60,035 nt of DNA from Nemertoderma westbladi (GCA_032718475.1 JAUCBJ010002294.1:1-60035), one strand, 5' to 3'; counted from the first letter of the stretch, positions 24,785 to 36,929 are shown. Notes: a model not told the origin generated them from the letters alone. Numbers and translations: made by a program.

Positions 24785-24953
24785 GTATTTGTCGCGGTTA
24801 TTTCAAATCTATTTGCCGTGGCTAATTGCCGTGACTTTCTGCGGCAAATGTATTTACCGTTCTATTTGCAGTGCAATTCCACGGCAAATGTACTTGCCGT
24901 GGTTATTTGCCGTGCAATTCGAAGGCAAATTCCTATTGGTTGTTTTCTGGTAG
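24785..24953. repeat. Cluster of TTGCCGTG/CGGCAAAT motifs, resembling DNA-transposon subterminal repeats
   Basis: The motif occurs repeatedly in both orientations; the matching opposite end was not found. Confidence 0.4.
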
Positions 24954-25099
24954 AATTTCGTTCTACTGTACAGTATACATTAATCTATATATTATTAGCT
25001 GTCTATAATCATGGGATCACAGTTAGTTCTACTGAGTTTCAACCACAATATAAGTCGAGACCAGCCATCTAGATCCACACTGGGCTGTTGCAACAGAGA

Positions 25100-25770
25100 A
25101 GACGATTCATGCCGTGGCAAAGCAGATTTCATTGTTCTCTGATAGCGCGCAGACTAAGTCTTAACTTAGAAACAATAAGGCGGTGATCACTGGAGAAGGG
25201 TCGAAGTGTAAAAGCATTACAGTCTTGTATAGAGCTCCTGTATTTCCTACGAAACAGAATGTGGTCTAACTGGGACTTGTGACCACTGGGTCCACTATAA
25301 GTCCATAGCATTCCAGTTCGCTTCTTGAACTGGGTTCTAGCCGAAAACAATCCATTTCCAGAGATAAAATCCTGAAGATGGACGGAATTTCGGTTAACAC
25401 TATTGCTATAGACTCGGGGCGAAGTAGGTGATTGATGCAGACTTGCATTAAAGTCTCCCAGGAATGTTAAGAATGCATGCTGTGCTGATCCACTCTATTA
25501 GTAGCTGCTTGTAGATTGTGGTAGAAATTTTCCACCTCCTCTACTAGGGCACACTATTTGGAGAATAGCACACAATCAGACCTACCTTAGGAAACTTCTT
25601 AGCCAGTCTTCCAGAACATGAGAAGTGGCAACGGATGATACGGTTAGAGATTTTGTCTATTTTGTCCAATGCTGCATGTGCATTTGGATTCATCAATAGG
25701 CCAATTCTACCATTGTCACTATCATCTGCTGACGCGAGGGCGAGTCGCCAACCGCCCCCCATACCCTTAT
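25100..25770 (-). mobile_element. Non-LTR retrotransposon apurinic-endonuclease domain remnant (frameshifted)
   Basis: Minus-strand fragments GIGLL-like/IVCYSP, FLGDFNA (near 25445-25467) and SQLDHIL...SDHRLIV lie in different frames. Confidence 0.85.
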
Positions 25771-26128
25771 CAGAACCTCATTAGTCATTAGTCTGTCATT
25801 AGTCCTACGCATTTTGTCGATAAGACGGCACAGCATTCTTAAAAATGCAGCTGCAATGCAGCATGCCGATCCTAGTATAGTGTGTATGGCACTTGCCTAC
25901 GCAAAGTCATTCATATATTTAATTAAGGGGTGATAGACCCTTCAAAATCACATTATAGATATTTGAGATAAACTGTGTAGGAGAGGACATTGCTAAACGC
26001 AACCATATCAATAAGGCGTTCCATTAATCATTTAAAAATTAAATTATTGCTTTCCAATTACCTCACGCTCACAAAAACAAGAATGTAGGCTCGTTCAAAC
26101 CGCAATACCGCAAACCGCAAACCGCGCC

Positions 26129-26197
26129 GTGAGTAGAAACCATATCGATTAAGTGTGAGTAGAAACCATATCGATTAAGTGTGAGTAGAAACCATAT
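26129..26197. repeat. 26-bp tandem repeat (GTGAGTAGAAACCATATCGATTAAGT), about 2.6 copies, upstream of IFT52
   Basis: Read directly. Confidence 0.9.
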
Positions 26198-26264
26198 AAA
26201 TGAAATCATAGTATTTGTTGAAACATCACACTAATTTGTTTAACGCGGGAATTTTGATTTTACC

Positions 26265-26278
26265 GTTGCCATGGTTGT
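26265..26278. promoter_or_regulatory. Candidate RFX X-box upstream of IFT52
   Basis: GTTGCCATGGTTGT has one perfect X-box half-site and lies 108 bp before the ATG; IFT genes are established RFX targets. Confidence 0.5.
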
Positions 26279-26372
26279 GTGCGTAAACAATGAATTCATT
26301 TTCGTTTGTGTGGCGAACCTAGCAGCAATTGCAGTTCCCTAACTGACGCAAATATTATTGTGACGAATTCCG

Positions 26373-27659
26373 ATGGCACCTACTAGCGACCTAAACAAAG
26401 ATGAACAGTCACTTCGGGATTCAGTCGTATTCAACTCCAGTAAAAATGAAATATTCAACAACAGCAAGGGCTTGAAAGGTCTCGCCAAAAAGATAAGATC
26501 AAAATGGAAATTAGTTACAAACAAAGACGAAATAACACCGGAAAAATTGAACGCGGTTCAACTGTTCGTATCCGTTGGTCCCCGAGATAAGTTCTCATCG
26601 CAGGAGATAAAATCTTTGACTGCGTATTTAGAGTCAGGGGGTAGTGTCATGATAATGTTAGGCGAAGGAGGGGATGTTAAATTCGATACAAACGTAAATA
26701 CGTTTCTACGCGAATACGGTATCAATATAAAATCGGACAGCGTCGTAAGAACGGTTTACTTTAAATATTTCCACCCTAAAGAAGCTTTAATAGCTAATGG
26801 GGTTTTAAATAGGGCCATTAACGTTGCCGCTGGGTTTACTTTCTCTGAGGAGACCTCATCATACCTAGGGAGTTCGCTTCAGTATTTATACCCATACGGC
26901 GCCACTCTGACGGCCGATAAGCCGGCTACAGCTGTTCTCTCCACGGGCAGCGTCGCCTTACCGCTCAACCGACCAACCCTCGCAATCTACTCGCATCCCA
27001 CGAGCGGCGGCAAACTGGTCGCATTAGGCTCGCCCCATATGTTCAGCGACGGGTACTTAGAGAAGGAACACAACGGGCGATTAGTCGACCTACTTCTGGG
27101 ATGGCTGACCAACGAGAATCCGCTGGAACTTAACCCGATCGACGCAGAAGACCCCGAAGTAACCGACTACTATTTAGTGCCTAGCACCGATAAACTGGCC
27201 TGCGAACTAAAAGTTAGTCTACACGAGAGCGAAGAAGTCTCGCAGGACTTCACTTCCCTCTTTAAAGACGTTCTTTACAACGTTGATACGAACCTCCTAC
27301 CGGAGGTTTACAAGGCGTACGACGATCTCCAAGTTAAACGCGAACCAATCTCGTTGATCTCCCCTTCGTTCGAAGCCCCGTTCCCTCGACTCCAACCCGT
27401 AGTTATTCCTCCCCGGTTCCTCGAACTTCCGCCCCCCGGGTTGGAGTTGTTCGATCTCGACGAACACTTCTCTGCCGAAGCCTCGAGACTCGCTCAGATA
27501 ACCAACCGGTGCACCGAGGATGATCTCGAGTTCTACGTTCGGCAGTGCGGCGGGGTTCTCGGCATCTCGCACAACCTGCCGGAATCTCGGCGCGACGCTA
27601 AACATATAATCGAGTACGTGTTCAACAAGATAGTCGAGTTTAAAAAGCTCAATCAATAA
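26373..27659 (+). CDS. IFT52: Intraflagellar transport protein 52 (OSM-6 homolog), single coding exon, 428 aa
   Basis: GIFT domain with DSVVRTVYFKYFHPKEALIANGVLNRAI and YPYGATL, followed by PPPGLELFDLDEHFS and LAQITNRC at the C-terminus. Confidence 0.97.
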   Translation: MAPTSDLNKDEQSLRDSVVFNSSKNEIFNNSKGLKGLAKKIRSKWKLVTNKDEITPEKLNAVQLFVSVGPRDKFSSQEIKSLTAYLESGGSVMIMLGEGGDVKFDTNVNTFLREYGINIKSDSVVRTVYFKYFHPKEALIANGVLNRAINVAAGFTFSEETSSYLGSSLQYLYPYGATLTADKPATAVLSTGSVALPLNRPTLAIYSHPTSGGKLVALGSPHMFSDGYLEKEHNGRLVDLLLGWLTNENPLELNPIDAEDPEVTDYYLVPSTDKLACELKVSLHESEEVSQDFTSLFKDVLYNVDTNLLPEVYKAYDDLQVKREPISLISPSFEAPFPRLQPVVIPPRFLELPPPGLELFDLDEHFSAEASRLAQITNRCTEDDLEFYVRQCGGVLGISHNLPESRRDAKHIIEYVFNKIVEFKKLNQ

Positions 27660-28396
27660 GGTAAACCGATTTGGAAACAAATATCTGACAGAAAACAATA
27701 TTTTTGTCAAGCAGACGAAATTTTTTACAGGTATTTTCCACAAATGAGACGGGGATGAGGTATTTGTCAAAGAATGCAAGGATAAGGTAACTTTTATATT
27801 TCTATACCCTAATCGTGGCTAAAACAAAAAGAAAAAGTTCAAAAACTAAGTTGATTTTACTCGGCTCAATTTCTAGGTAGATGATTTGCAGTTTTGTGCA
27901 GTAGTTAATTTATATTGTGTATACCGGTAAGTTATCTTATAAGAAATATTAAATATTCAATGAACATTTTCACTTTTAACTTACAATTTACTTAATTATT
28001 CGTGAGAATTCACAATTTGTTTTGGCCAATAACTAACATTTAATTCATATAAAATATCTATTAAATATCAGTCCAGAATGTTAGACATCATGATCGTAAT
28101 TAAACCGCAAAAATTAGTTATATTATAATAGTTAATTACGTAAAGCATCTTTTCTCATTTGTAAAATGTTTTATTGTTTTTATTTTTATTAATAAATGTT
28201 ATTTATTTTCACAGTTTTTTTGTGCAATTTTTCGCGATGTTTCTAGTGTTCCTCTTAATGTATCTCCATATTGATCAAATTTGTGTGCAATTTATTGAAA
28301 AAATTACTGAACGGAAATGCCAATAAGTTAATGATGCTCTTCTTATAAATATTTATTTAATATCATTTATTTGGTCATGATTTATTTATTATTGTA

Positions 28397-28483
28397 CCAT
28401 GGAATACTTAACTAAATATATATATTTATTGATTGATTCTATATATTTGATTATTGATTGATTCTATATTTAGTATTCCATGG
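28397..28483. repeat. Small inverted repeat, probably an internally deleted MITE
   Basis: CCATGGAATACT...AAATATA pairs with TATATTTAGTATTCCATGG. Confidence 0.55.
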
Positions 28484-29084
28484 TTGTACTGGTTGTAGCC
28501 TACTATTATAATTTGCAAAATCAGTATAAAAGTGTGCATTAATTACGTTTATTAGTAATTGTCTGTTTGTTAGTACAATTAATTACAGACCTAATAATTA
28601 TTAGTATATAATATAAGTGATAAATTATTCTCAAATTTACTGTCAGTGGTTTCATAGAGCAATTCAATACGATCAATTCGATTCAATAGATATTATTGAG
28701 CACAGTGCAGGAGCAAGATATTTTAGTTTTAAACATTCTATAAAAATTATAAAACTAAATTTATTTCATTGTTAAGTTTCTGGATAACTTAAAATAATAA
28801 TAAAACAACTTATTAACTCCTAATTTATTGTTCACAATAAAATAAATCGTTACTTTTTTTTCTTAAAAGCGTATAGCTTCGTATATTATCGGAATTTCAG
28901 AATTGTATCTCGAATTTTAGCAAAACAGAACAACATTTGGATTCAGTATGCCAGCCAAATATTTGTACACATATTATGAAACAGCATTAAAGTAAAGTTT
29001 TCCTCAGCCGTTAGGCCAGGGATTTGGCACAGAGTCTGTTGACTTATTTCCAGTGCGACCCCACACCCCACACCCCCCCCCCCC

Positions 29085-29280
29085 CCACCCAGAACTATAC
29101 TCCCCAGAGGAGACTTCATTACTCATTTAGCCTCCATTTAAGGATGCAAGGCATATATGCGCCCAAGCTATGTAATTTAATGCATTTATACCGAAACGAA
29201 AACTGCCCTGGCACCTATGCGAGGGTTGAACCCACGACCTTCGTAGATTCGGTGAATTCAATGCAACCACAACACCGAGG
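29085..29280 (-). mobile_element. Probable degenerate tRNA-derived SINE
   Basis: The minus strand shows a tRNA-like head with GGTCGTGGGTTCAACCC (B box). Confidence 0.4.
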
Positions 29281-29659
29281 TGGAACCTTACTATTACTTA
29301 GTATCGATAATATTTCGTATCGTAACATAGATTTTACACAGCACTTTTAGTACGTTTAGGTAGTACGTAAGTTTTTCATTTGCATTATACTCACGGACGA
29401 TATAAGATATGCCATACCAGAGACGAAGTAATGACTTCTATTTGTAGTTTATATCTATAAAGATAATAATATAATACTGCATAAATGTCATATCACTCTC
29501 TGTCAAAGTGTATTATTAATATTAAATGACTGCATATTTATTTAAATAAAAAATAACTGTTTAGTTTTCAAATGCGTGTAAAAAGTAATTAGTAACTGTA
29601 AACAAGTGAATTTAATTAGTTAATCAATTAATCATTTACCGGTACCGTATCGAACTAAA

Positions 29660-30286
29660 TTACGACTTCGATATCGATTCAATAATTTTCTCCGCGTTCG
29701 CGTTGCACCGCCCGATCTGTAGGTTCATCGCGTCGATGAATCGATCGAGCTCGAGACGTTCGGAACCCTCGTAGCGAACCAGTAAGGAATCCACGTCGCT
29801 GTGTGGTGTAGCACGGAACGGAAGTAGCGGAACGCCGGCGGAAACGCCGGAGGGAACGCCGGCCACCGGTTGGGATGGAACGCCAGTCGGTGTTGGTTTA
29901 TAACCCGTCTGGACTGGTCTGCGTTCAATCGAATAGTTTTGAGGCATTTGGTTCTCTTTATCTTCTGATACGTCGTTTTCTCCCGATCGCTTACGACGAG
30001 TCTTCGAGTCCCACGTGACCCCTCTCGAGGTTGCTTTACATTTGGCAGAGTTTAAGGAAGACCTCAATTTATGTATTTCCTTGTCTTTTAATTCAATACT
30101 GCTTAAATGCGCGGTTAATTGTTTGTTGGAATGCCGAATTTTCTCTTCCAATTGGTGTCTTTCTCGCGTCCATTGTAATTTCTGTTTGTTTATATGTTTG
30201 TCGACTTCATCAAAAAGTTGATGTAATTCCCGATCTACTGATGTCGTTCCTAATAAATCCTTGAATTTTTCTCCTAGGCTTTCCAT
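29660..30286 (-). CDS. Short CEP63/Deup1-family centriolar coiled-coil protein, 208 aa
   Basis: ATG at 30286. ELHQLFDEVDKHINKQKLQW...LEEKI...KDKEIHKLR follows the CEP63/Deup1 N-terminal pattern (ELQELM.QID.MV..KK.EW); the C-terminal ERLELDRFIDAMNLQI...AEKIIESI resembles the CEP63 C-terminal helix. Confidence 0.65.
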   Translation of the reverse strand: MESLGEKFKDLLGTTSVDRELHQLFDEVDKHINKQKLQWTRERHQLEEKIRHSNKQLTAHLSSIELKDKEIHKLRSSLNSAKCKATSRGVTWDSKTRRKRSGENDVSEDKENQMPQNYSIERRPVQTGYKPTPTGVPSQPVAGVPSGVSAGVPLLPFRATPHSDVDSLLVRYEGSERLELDRFIDAMNLQIGRCNANAEKIIESISKS

Positions 30287-31262
30287 TACACCAGCAACAA
30301 CATACAAAATATACAGCAGATAAGTACAAACAATTAAACCTCAAGTCACCACCTTATGGGACCCCACCCCACCTACCACTTATTATCGGTTCGTGTCGTG
30401 TACAGCATTACAACTGATGTGGCTACAGCGTAATTTGGTGATACTGATGGGAAGCTGGTCATGCAAGGAATGTGAGACAGGGGGGTAACCTCGACGCAAA
30501 TCCCGCCTCAATGTTAAATTGTAAATTTAGTGAAAGGAGCAGGTTACAGTGGCACGTTATTTTAACCAAAGCAATAAACTAAACACAATAGAACAGGTTA
30601 TAGTTTTATTATTGAGAGTGATTAGCTGTTATTTGCGTCGAATTACCCCTGGAGAGGAATGAATTTTTATTGCGTCCAGTTGCTGAAATATTAGAGTTCG
30701 AATGTTGCATGGCATTGCCTATAAAATCATACTAGTAAGTAAAGTAGCTATTCATAAATAATCACGTTCGTGGGGACTTCGCGCAGCACGTAAGTCAAGA
30801 TGAGCCTTTGTGTAGAGGTACACTCAGTAGACCTAGTCATTCACCACCTAGCGGCAGACCGAGGACTGTGATACTGAAAGTCTGTCTGTGAGAAGAATTT
30901 ATTTCAATTACTTATTCAACAGTATCATATTTTCGTAACTAGTGATACTAAAGCGGTTAAATAGATTGATCTAAGACTATTCTAGAACTGATATCTTAAC
31001 TACAGTACTTCACTGAAAAACTCGAGATAATGTTGCAGCTATACACGGTTTCCAAATATGAATTGAATTTCGTTGCCAAATAGCTGATATATGGGCACTC
31101 GAAAGTTAAATGGTTTGGCACCTGCGCGAAGCTACAGTATTTCATATATTTGATAATTTCACTACTTCTAGAACATACAGTAATAATAATAATTATTATA
31201 TTTATACAACACTTTTCTACGCTCGGCATTCTTAAAGTGCTTTTACTGTATTATTATTTACC

Positions 31263-31412
31263 CAACAGAGCCCGGTTCCCATTATACCTCTGGCGTAGGC
31301 GCTAACGTCTAAAGTGTCTTTCCTAGGGACTCAACGGTGCGAAATATATATTGCCTTTAGTCGGATTCGAACCTGCTCCGCCAATCACTATTGTGTAAGC
31401 GGTTCAGACGCT
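31263..31412 (-). mobile_element. tRNA-derived SINE fragment
   Basis: Minus strand: B box GGTTCGAATCC followed by GTCCCTAGGAAAGACACTTTA, a SINE core-like block. Confidence 0.55.
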
Positions 31413-32115
31413 GTATGAACATAATGTTTGTTAATCTGTTACCTAGCTGTTCAACTAATTACTATATAATAATACTCCTACTGTATAGTATACACCATGA
31501 CCCGACTCCAAACATAATATGGAGAGGTTGTGATTATGCATTGTGGGGTTCTAATGCTATGGGGTCGGAAAACCACAGCAGCAATATGTTGGGTAATTCA
31601 GTAAGGAGCTTCGCGAAATTGTCGCCGGAGGCAGTTATGAAACTGAGGTATTGGTTATGGCTCCGGGTTTGGCCGCATGGTTATACATAGAATTCCAGAT
31701 CACATCGGCATCAACCAATCACCGCAGCCTCTCAAGTTGATCAACAAAAATTGTTAATTATACTTGTTGTGTTGGGATTATTCCTACGATTGGGCCAATA
31801 AAATAGCTAATTTAATTCAGTTAAAATTAACCATGACATTCTAAAGATAGATACTTTTAGTATAGGTCATGAATAAATTGTATTATTGGTCTGTCCTGCC
31901 TAAATTTGTAGTTAGAGTGTATAATTAATCATAGAGGTTGAGATGGCTTATGGTTAATATACACTACCCTTTCACTGAAGCGAGTGGTTAAAGTCCTAGG
32001 ACTGTAGGGTTGAGTAGTGGAAGGAGATGATGGTATTGACAGATGAGAGGCCATGAGGACGTAAATTGCGGACATACAAGGTATCTGGTAGTATTTCCAG
32101 GTTTATCTTTTACCT

Positions 32116-32190
32116 GAGCCGCTAACTGAATGGTAAGAGCGTCAGACTTCCAACCCGGAGGTCACCAGTTCGATCCCTCCTGGACGTCTT
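32116..32190 (+). mobile_element. tRNA-like SINE head or tRNA pseudogene
   Basis: A box TAACTGAATGG and B box AGTTCGATCC at tRNA spacing, but the acceptor and anticodon stems do not pair cleanly. Confidence 0.55.
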
Positions 32191-32699
32191 TGCCGACTTT
32201 GCAAAGCTGTTCCCAACGAAAGGTATAATTGATAAACTTATCATGCGATGTTAAGAACCCTAGATCAGTTATAATAAATGTATAATAACAAATTTTTGGT
32301 TGGCTCGGAGGTAGTCCGTTACATGCTTACATGCAGACGTTGGGCAGTAAGAAAAGTAAGAAACTTCCACTCAAAACGACGAGTTTAACTGTTCGACATT
32401 TATGTGGGTTTTATTGGTGGACACTAGTCAGGCCAGTCTGGCCCAAATGCACCCCGTGAGTTGTTGTCTGAATGATGCTGACTTTTATGGCATACATTTT
32501 GTATTAATATTCAATGTTTTTATTTCAATGTTTTCGTCTTGAAGTCTGAGTTTGATTTGTCTTAACATTATAAGCCTATCACAAATGAACCACCTAATAA
32601 TACCAGTATAGTGCATTGCCCAGACTTCATGTGCACTTCCAAAATACTGAAATTTAGTATTTGAAATTGTAATATTAAATAATACTATGCAGAGTATTG

Positions 32700-33230
32700 T
32701 GACCAAAATGAGCTCGTTGTTAACCTGCTTAAGACAAAAGCTATAAAATTCCCCAGTGGAGGCCGTCTCTCCCAGTATGATAAACACTTCTACAAGGGTC
32801 AGCCGGTAAAATTTGTTGGAATAAGTTTAACTACCTGGGAATCGTCTTCACAACAAAGAATGTCGACTCGGGTCAAAACATGCACTTATACAGTCCGAGG
32901 TATGGCATCAGTATTGCGACTATCAACTAATATGAGTGCTATGTCGCTCGTCTCGGCACACAAACTGTGGAATCTCGTAGTTTTCCCCGCGGTCACGTAC
33001 GGATGTTCTGTATTCAAGTTCAACAACAACAATTTAACACGGGAGCAAATTTTGCAACTTTCACATGTCATACAAGTCCGGGGCCTATTCTACAAAGTCT
33101 GGTGTGGAGTTGCGAAATATCCATCAACAACAAACATACTTGATGCAGTAGGCAACCCCGGCCACTCTAATTTAGACTTAAGGTACCTCGAGGCGAGGGA
33201 ATACGCTGTAAAATGGCAGCCCAGTTCTTA
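32700..33230 (+). mobile_element. Possible degenerate non-LTR reverse-transcriptase C-terminal remnant
   Basis: KLWNLVVFPAVTYGCSVF resembles the post-RT 'l....v.P.l.YG...w' motif of LINE ORF2. Confidence 0.4.
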
Positions 33231-33339
33231 TCAAACGGCTTCAACCGCAAGGTTTGTTCGGCAAAGTGCTGACGGCCGTCTGAATCCTGTTTGTGCCGTC
33301 TCAGTGGCGACAAGGCTTGACCTGCTCTCAATTAAATTG

Positions 33340-33466
33340 CATTGAGAAAATAAACATTGAGAAAAAACATTCAGAAAAAAACATTCAGAAAAAAAACATT
33401 GAGAAAAAAACATTCAGAAAAAAAAACATTGATAAAAAAACATGGAAAAAAAACATTGAGAAAAAG
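33340..33466. repeat. A-rich tandem repeat (AAAAAAACATT(G/C)AG), about 9 copies
   Basis: Read directly. Confidence 0.9.
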
Positions 33467-34923
33467 TTTATCAATGTTTTAGAGGAGAAATAAAACAAAT
33501 ACATTGAGATACAAAATGTATGCCATATACTTTTGCCTCTCCAAGAAACAATGCCCAGAATTTCGGTCGAGACAAATAGCAGGTGAACAGGATGGCTGGC
33601 ACTTCTTAGCATTTTCGGGTAAAATTCACACCAGTAACACATTTGATGAGTTTTGGCCGGGATTTCTCTGACTCAATTTGTTATTCAAGTTTGTTCCAGT
33701 CTGGGCTGTACTTGATTTCGTCAGTTTGAGGATTACGTTGGTAACGACAGAGTACTGCCTTGTGGTTTTCCACAAGGTGTCAACCCAGTTCGTAATCCTT
33801 TCGAGGTTGTGAAAGTCTTCCTTGGCGAGTTGAAGTTAGATGTTGATGGCTGTGGGCGAAACATCTCTTTAAAGAGGCAGCACTGGTGGCTGTTGGCTGT
33901 TACTAAGCATTGCCTGTGTTTCTTCAGGGCGTTGTAATGGGTGATTCAGGGATAGTGATTCAAACCAGGGGGACATTTCACCTACCTACCGTGTGATAGC
34001 TCTCTATGGCCAAACTGCAGGTGGTAGGTATATTATCAGCGGTTTCAAATACTTACTTACTGTATGTTTCTAGTTTATACTAGTTTGTTTATAAATATAT
34101 TTATTACATGTATGCTATTACTATTCATTGTGGTGGATCATCAACTTTTGAAATATTGTTAAGACAACCATCTAACTGTAAATGTAAAGAAAACAAAGGT
34201 GATGAAATTTCGTCGTGTGGGGCGTCTTGCCTGCAACGAGAAACTATAAAATAATATTATGATGGAAAGAAAGCCGGTAACTTTTGATAATTCTTTTAAT
34301 AACCTGGGGATTGTTGAACTAAGAATACTTCATTATGTCACTATAACCATATTTTCTACAGGTTTAATCCGTAAACGCCTGCTCAATTTTTACAGAATCT
34401 ATGCCAGAGCAGTTACTTCATTTGGAAGACGTACGACAAGGCAGAAGCTTTTACTAGAAGCTCAGGTGCGGAGTTAGTAAATTTTCCTCCAGAGCACTAA
34501 ATCTTTGCAAGGCCTAACGCACAAACGGCGCCATGGTACCGCACAATATATTAGTGTCTGTATCGCCGCTGTGGTAATGTAGCCACTGCCATTTTACGTC
34601 ACGCACGACTATTAATTCACCAATGTCTCCTCAACCTTGACCCTGGTAGTGAAATGGTAGAATGCCCCATAATCTCATATCCCGATTATATTACTGTACT
34701 ATTTATTCATCTATTACTATATCATAATAGGAACATGTATTGTATTTTCCTTTTTAGTGAATTAATTTTTAAAATGCAACCACGTTATGGATACTAAAGT
34801 AATACGATATCAATATTGGAATGATACTTGATACACTGACAACTATTGAACCCTCGTTTTATTACTGTTATGGGAAACACCATACTGTTCTCGTATTTAT
34901 CAATATTTGTTTACTTACAATAA

Positions 34924-35895
34924 TTAAACGTTCACTTTTATTTTCATTTCAACCCAATTTAGATTCCATATCCCGATCGATCCCTTGATGTATTCCCAAT
35001 AATATGCATCGTCATCAATTTTTTCATAAAAATATCCGCTTGGTTCGTCCCAATTATACCACCATATTGGTGCTTGTCTCACATCGTCCCACTTATTATA
35101 ATAAGTGTCTGTAAAGCGTTCTGAATTACAGTTATTATAGTACCACCAGGCGCCTAATTTTTTGGCGCAAAAACAAGGTTCTGTGTAAATGGTCTCGTTT
35201 ACATTTCTATACATCTCACAATATTCAGGATCAACATCGCGATCGTATGTTGAGAAAGATAGATCTTTTTTCCCATCTAATGCTCCTCTGTATTGAAATT
35301 CCAACCTAGATCTACCTGCTGTCGGTATTCTTTCCCCCTCATGAAAATTTCCAATATATTTTATCGCGTATTGAGAACGAAGTGATGATCCACGAGAGTA
35401 TGCATCATTACCTCCCAACTTCCAAATGTAGTCGGAAAAACGGGTCGACCCGGTGCTGGTTTTCATATCGAATCGTAATGAAGAAAACCCATTATTCTGA
35501 GCTGCAACAAGTTGATGTATCGTTTCTAGACCCAGAAATAATTCTCCATTCGCACTACCAAACCCCCGTTCGTAATCCTCCCAGCCGCGATTAAAATTAA
35601 CATGAGTTTTCTCAATGTCCCTTCGCAGGATCACCACCCAATACGAATTAACTCCAGCCTGATCGCAACTTAGTAAATATTTCTTTAATTCTAACCAGGG
35701 GTATTTCCATAAAACTTTCCTACAAGAACGCATTTTGTTTAAACTCGGTAAAAGCATTTGTAACATCATAGAAGAATTGTTTTGTATCATGTTGGTTAGA
35801 TTTTCCACCGCCTGGTTCACCGTTATTACAGCTAATTCCTCGGCCTTTCTTGTTAATTTATCATTGCTCTCACATAACTTCTTTGTAATTGGATC
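34924..35895 (-). CDS. Terminal exon: coiled-coil linker plus fibrinogen C-terminal (FBG/FReD) domain
   Basis: WVVILRR, FNRGWEDYERGFG, FLGLETIHQL, FSTYDRD, GAWWY and VEMKIK motifs; preceded by the splice acceptor TTTTCATTTTTCAG|GAT in phase 0. Confidence 0.9.
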   Translation of the reverse strand, partial: DPITKKLCESNDKLTRKAEELAVITVNQAVENLTNMIQNNSSMMLQMLLPSLNKMRSCRKVLWKYPWLELKKYLLSCDQAGVNSYWVVILRRDIEKTHVNFNRGWEDYERGFGSANGELFLGLETIHQLVAAQNNGFSSLRFDMKTSTGSTRFSDYIWKLGGNDAYSRGSSLRSQYAIKYIGNFHEGERIPTAGRSRLEFQYRGALDGKKDLSFSTYDRDVDPEYCEMYRNVNETIYTEPCFCAKKLGAWWYYNNCNSERFTDTYYNKWDDVRQAPIWWYNWDEPSGYFYEKIDDDAYYWEYIKGSIGIWNLNWVEMKIKVNV

Positions 35896-36022
35896 CTGAA
35901 AAATGAAAATCAATCAAAATGTTATCACACAGGTAATAATTATTTTATTGCTAAACATTATATCGGTAACTATTAAACATAAACATATGTTAGAATACAT
36001 TATATATTAATCCTTTGCTTAA

Positions 36023-36410
36023 GGCCTGTTTACACGTGGCAACTTTTAGAGCAACTTTCTCGGCAACTAGCAACTTTTTTTTAGCAACTTAATTTAATCG
36101 CTGTTTACACGTGGCAACTTTACCAGCAACTTTACCAGCCACTTCGCCGACAACTTTTAGAGCAACTTGGCTAGTTTAATTGTAAAATAGTGGGTCATTT
36201 TATCTACTAGCTAGTTTTTGATAAGTTAATTTGATTATCCCGCAATAATTCGCCAACGCAAATTCCTTCAAGTTGCCGTAAAAGTTGAGCAACTTTTACT
36301 TTTACGGCAACTTTTTTACGTGTTTACACGGAGCAACTTGATCGGCAACCTGGGTTGCTCTACAAGTTGCCGAGAAAGTTGCTCTAAAAGTTGCCACGTG
36401 TAAACAGGCC
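36023..36410. mobile_element. PIF/Harbinger (Tourist-type) MITE, 388 bp
   Basis: Perfect 46-bp TIR GGCCTGTTTACACGTGGCAACTTTTAGAGCAACTTTCTCGGCAACT, TAA on both flanks, and many internal GCAACT motifs. Confidence 0.95.
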
Positions 36411-36489
36411 TAAACGGAACCAACGATAAATTATGTTGATTTTTCCTCTCAAGGACCAATATAAATAAATTTGATTGGAACAAAGATTA

Positions 36490-36929
36490 TTGGGACTCTT
36501 ACACTTTGCCGTGCCATTATAGCTATTTTTTGATATAATAAAATGATCTTAAAATATTTGTTCTAGAACAAAATAATTTCTATATTAAATGAATAGATAA
36601 TATGTTGTAGAAGATTTAAAAAAGGTAACAAAAACTATCCAGTATAAAAAATTTATACAAAGATAACATACAATAAAAAATTAAAAAAATTAATAAATAA
36701 ATTAGCTAGTGCTTTTTTTTTTCTAGAACAAAAAATATTTGTTCTAGAACAAAATTTGTATATTAAATGAATAGATAATATGTTCTAGAACATTTAAACA
36801 AAAAAGAAACAAAAACTAGCTAGTATAAAAAATGTATACAAAGATTGAATAAGAAATTAAAAAAATTAACAAATTAGCAAGTGATAGTAAGAATATATAG
36901 GTGGCACGGCAAACTGTAAGAGAGCCTAT
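36490..36929. mobile_element. MITE with 21-bp core TIR and an internal tandem duplication (period about 180 bp)
   Basis: CTCTTACACTTTGCCGTGCCA versus the reverse complement of TGGCACGGCAAACTGTAAGAG (1 mismatch); duplicated block at about 36551 and 36732. Confidence 0.8.

Noticed and set aside
32116-32190. Functional tRNA gene
   Set aside because: A and B boxes are present but the stems do not pair into a cloverleaf; better explained as a SINE head.
33500-33960. Moderately GC-rich, coding-looking stretch
   Set aside because: No sustained open frame or recognisable motif in the frames I read; it cannot be assigned.
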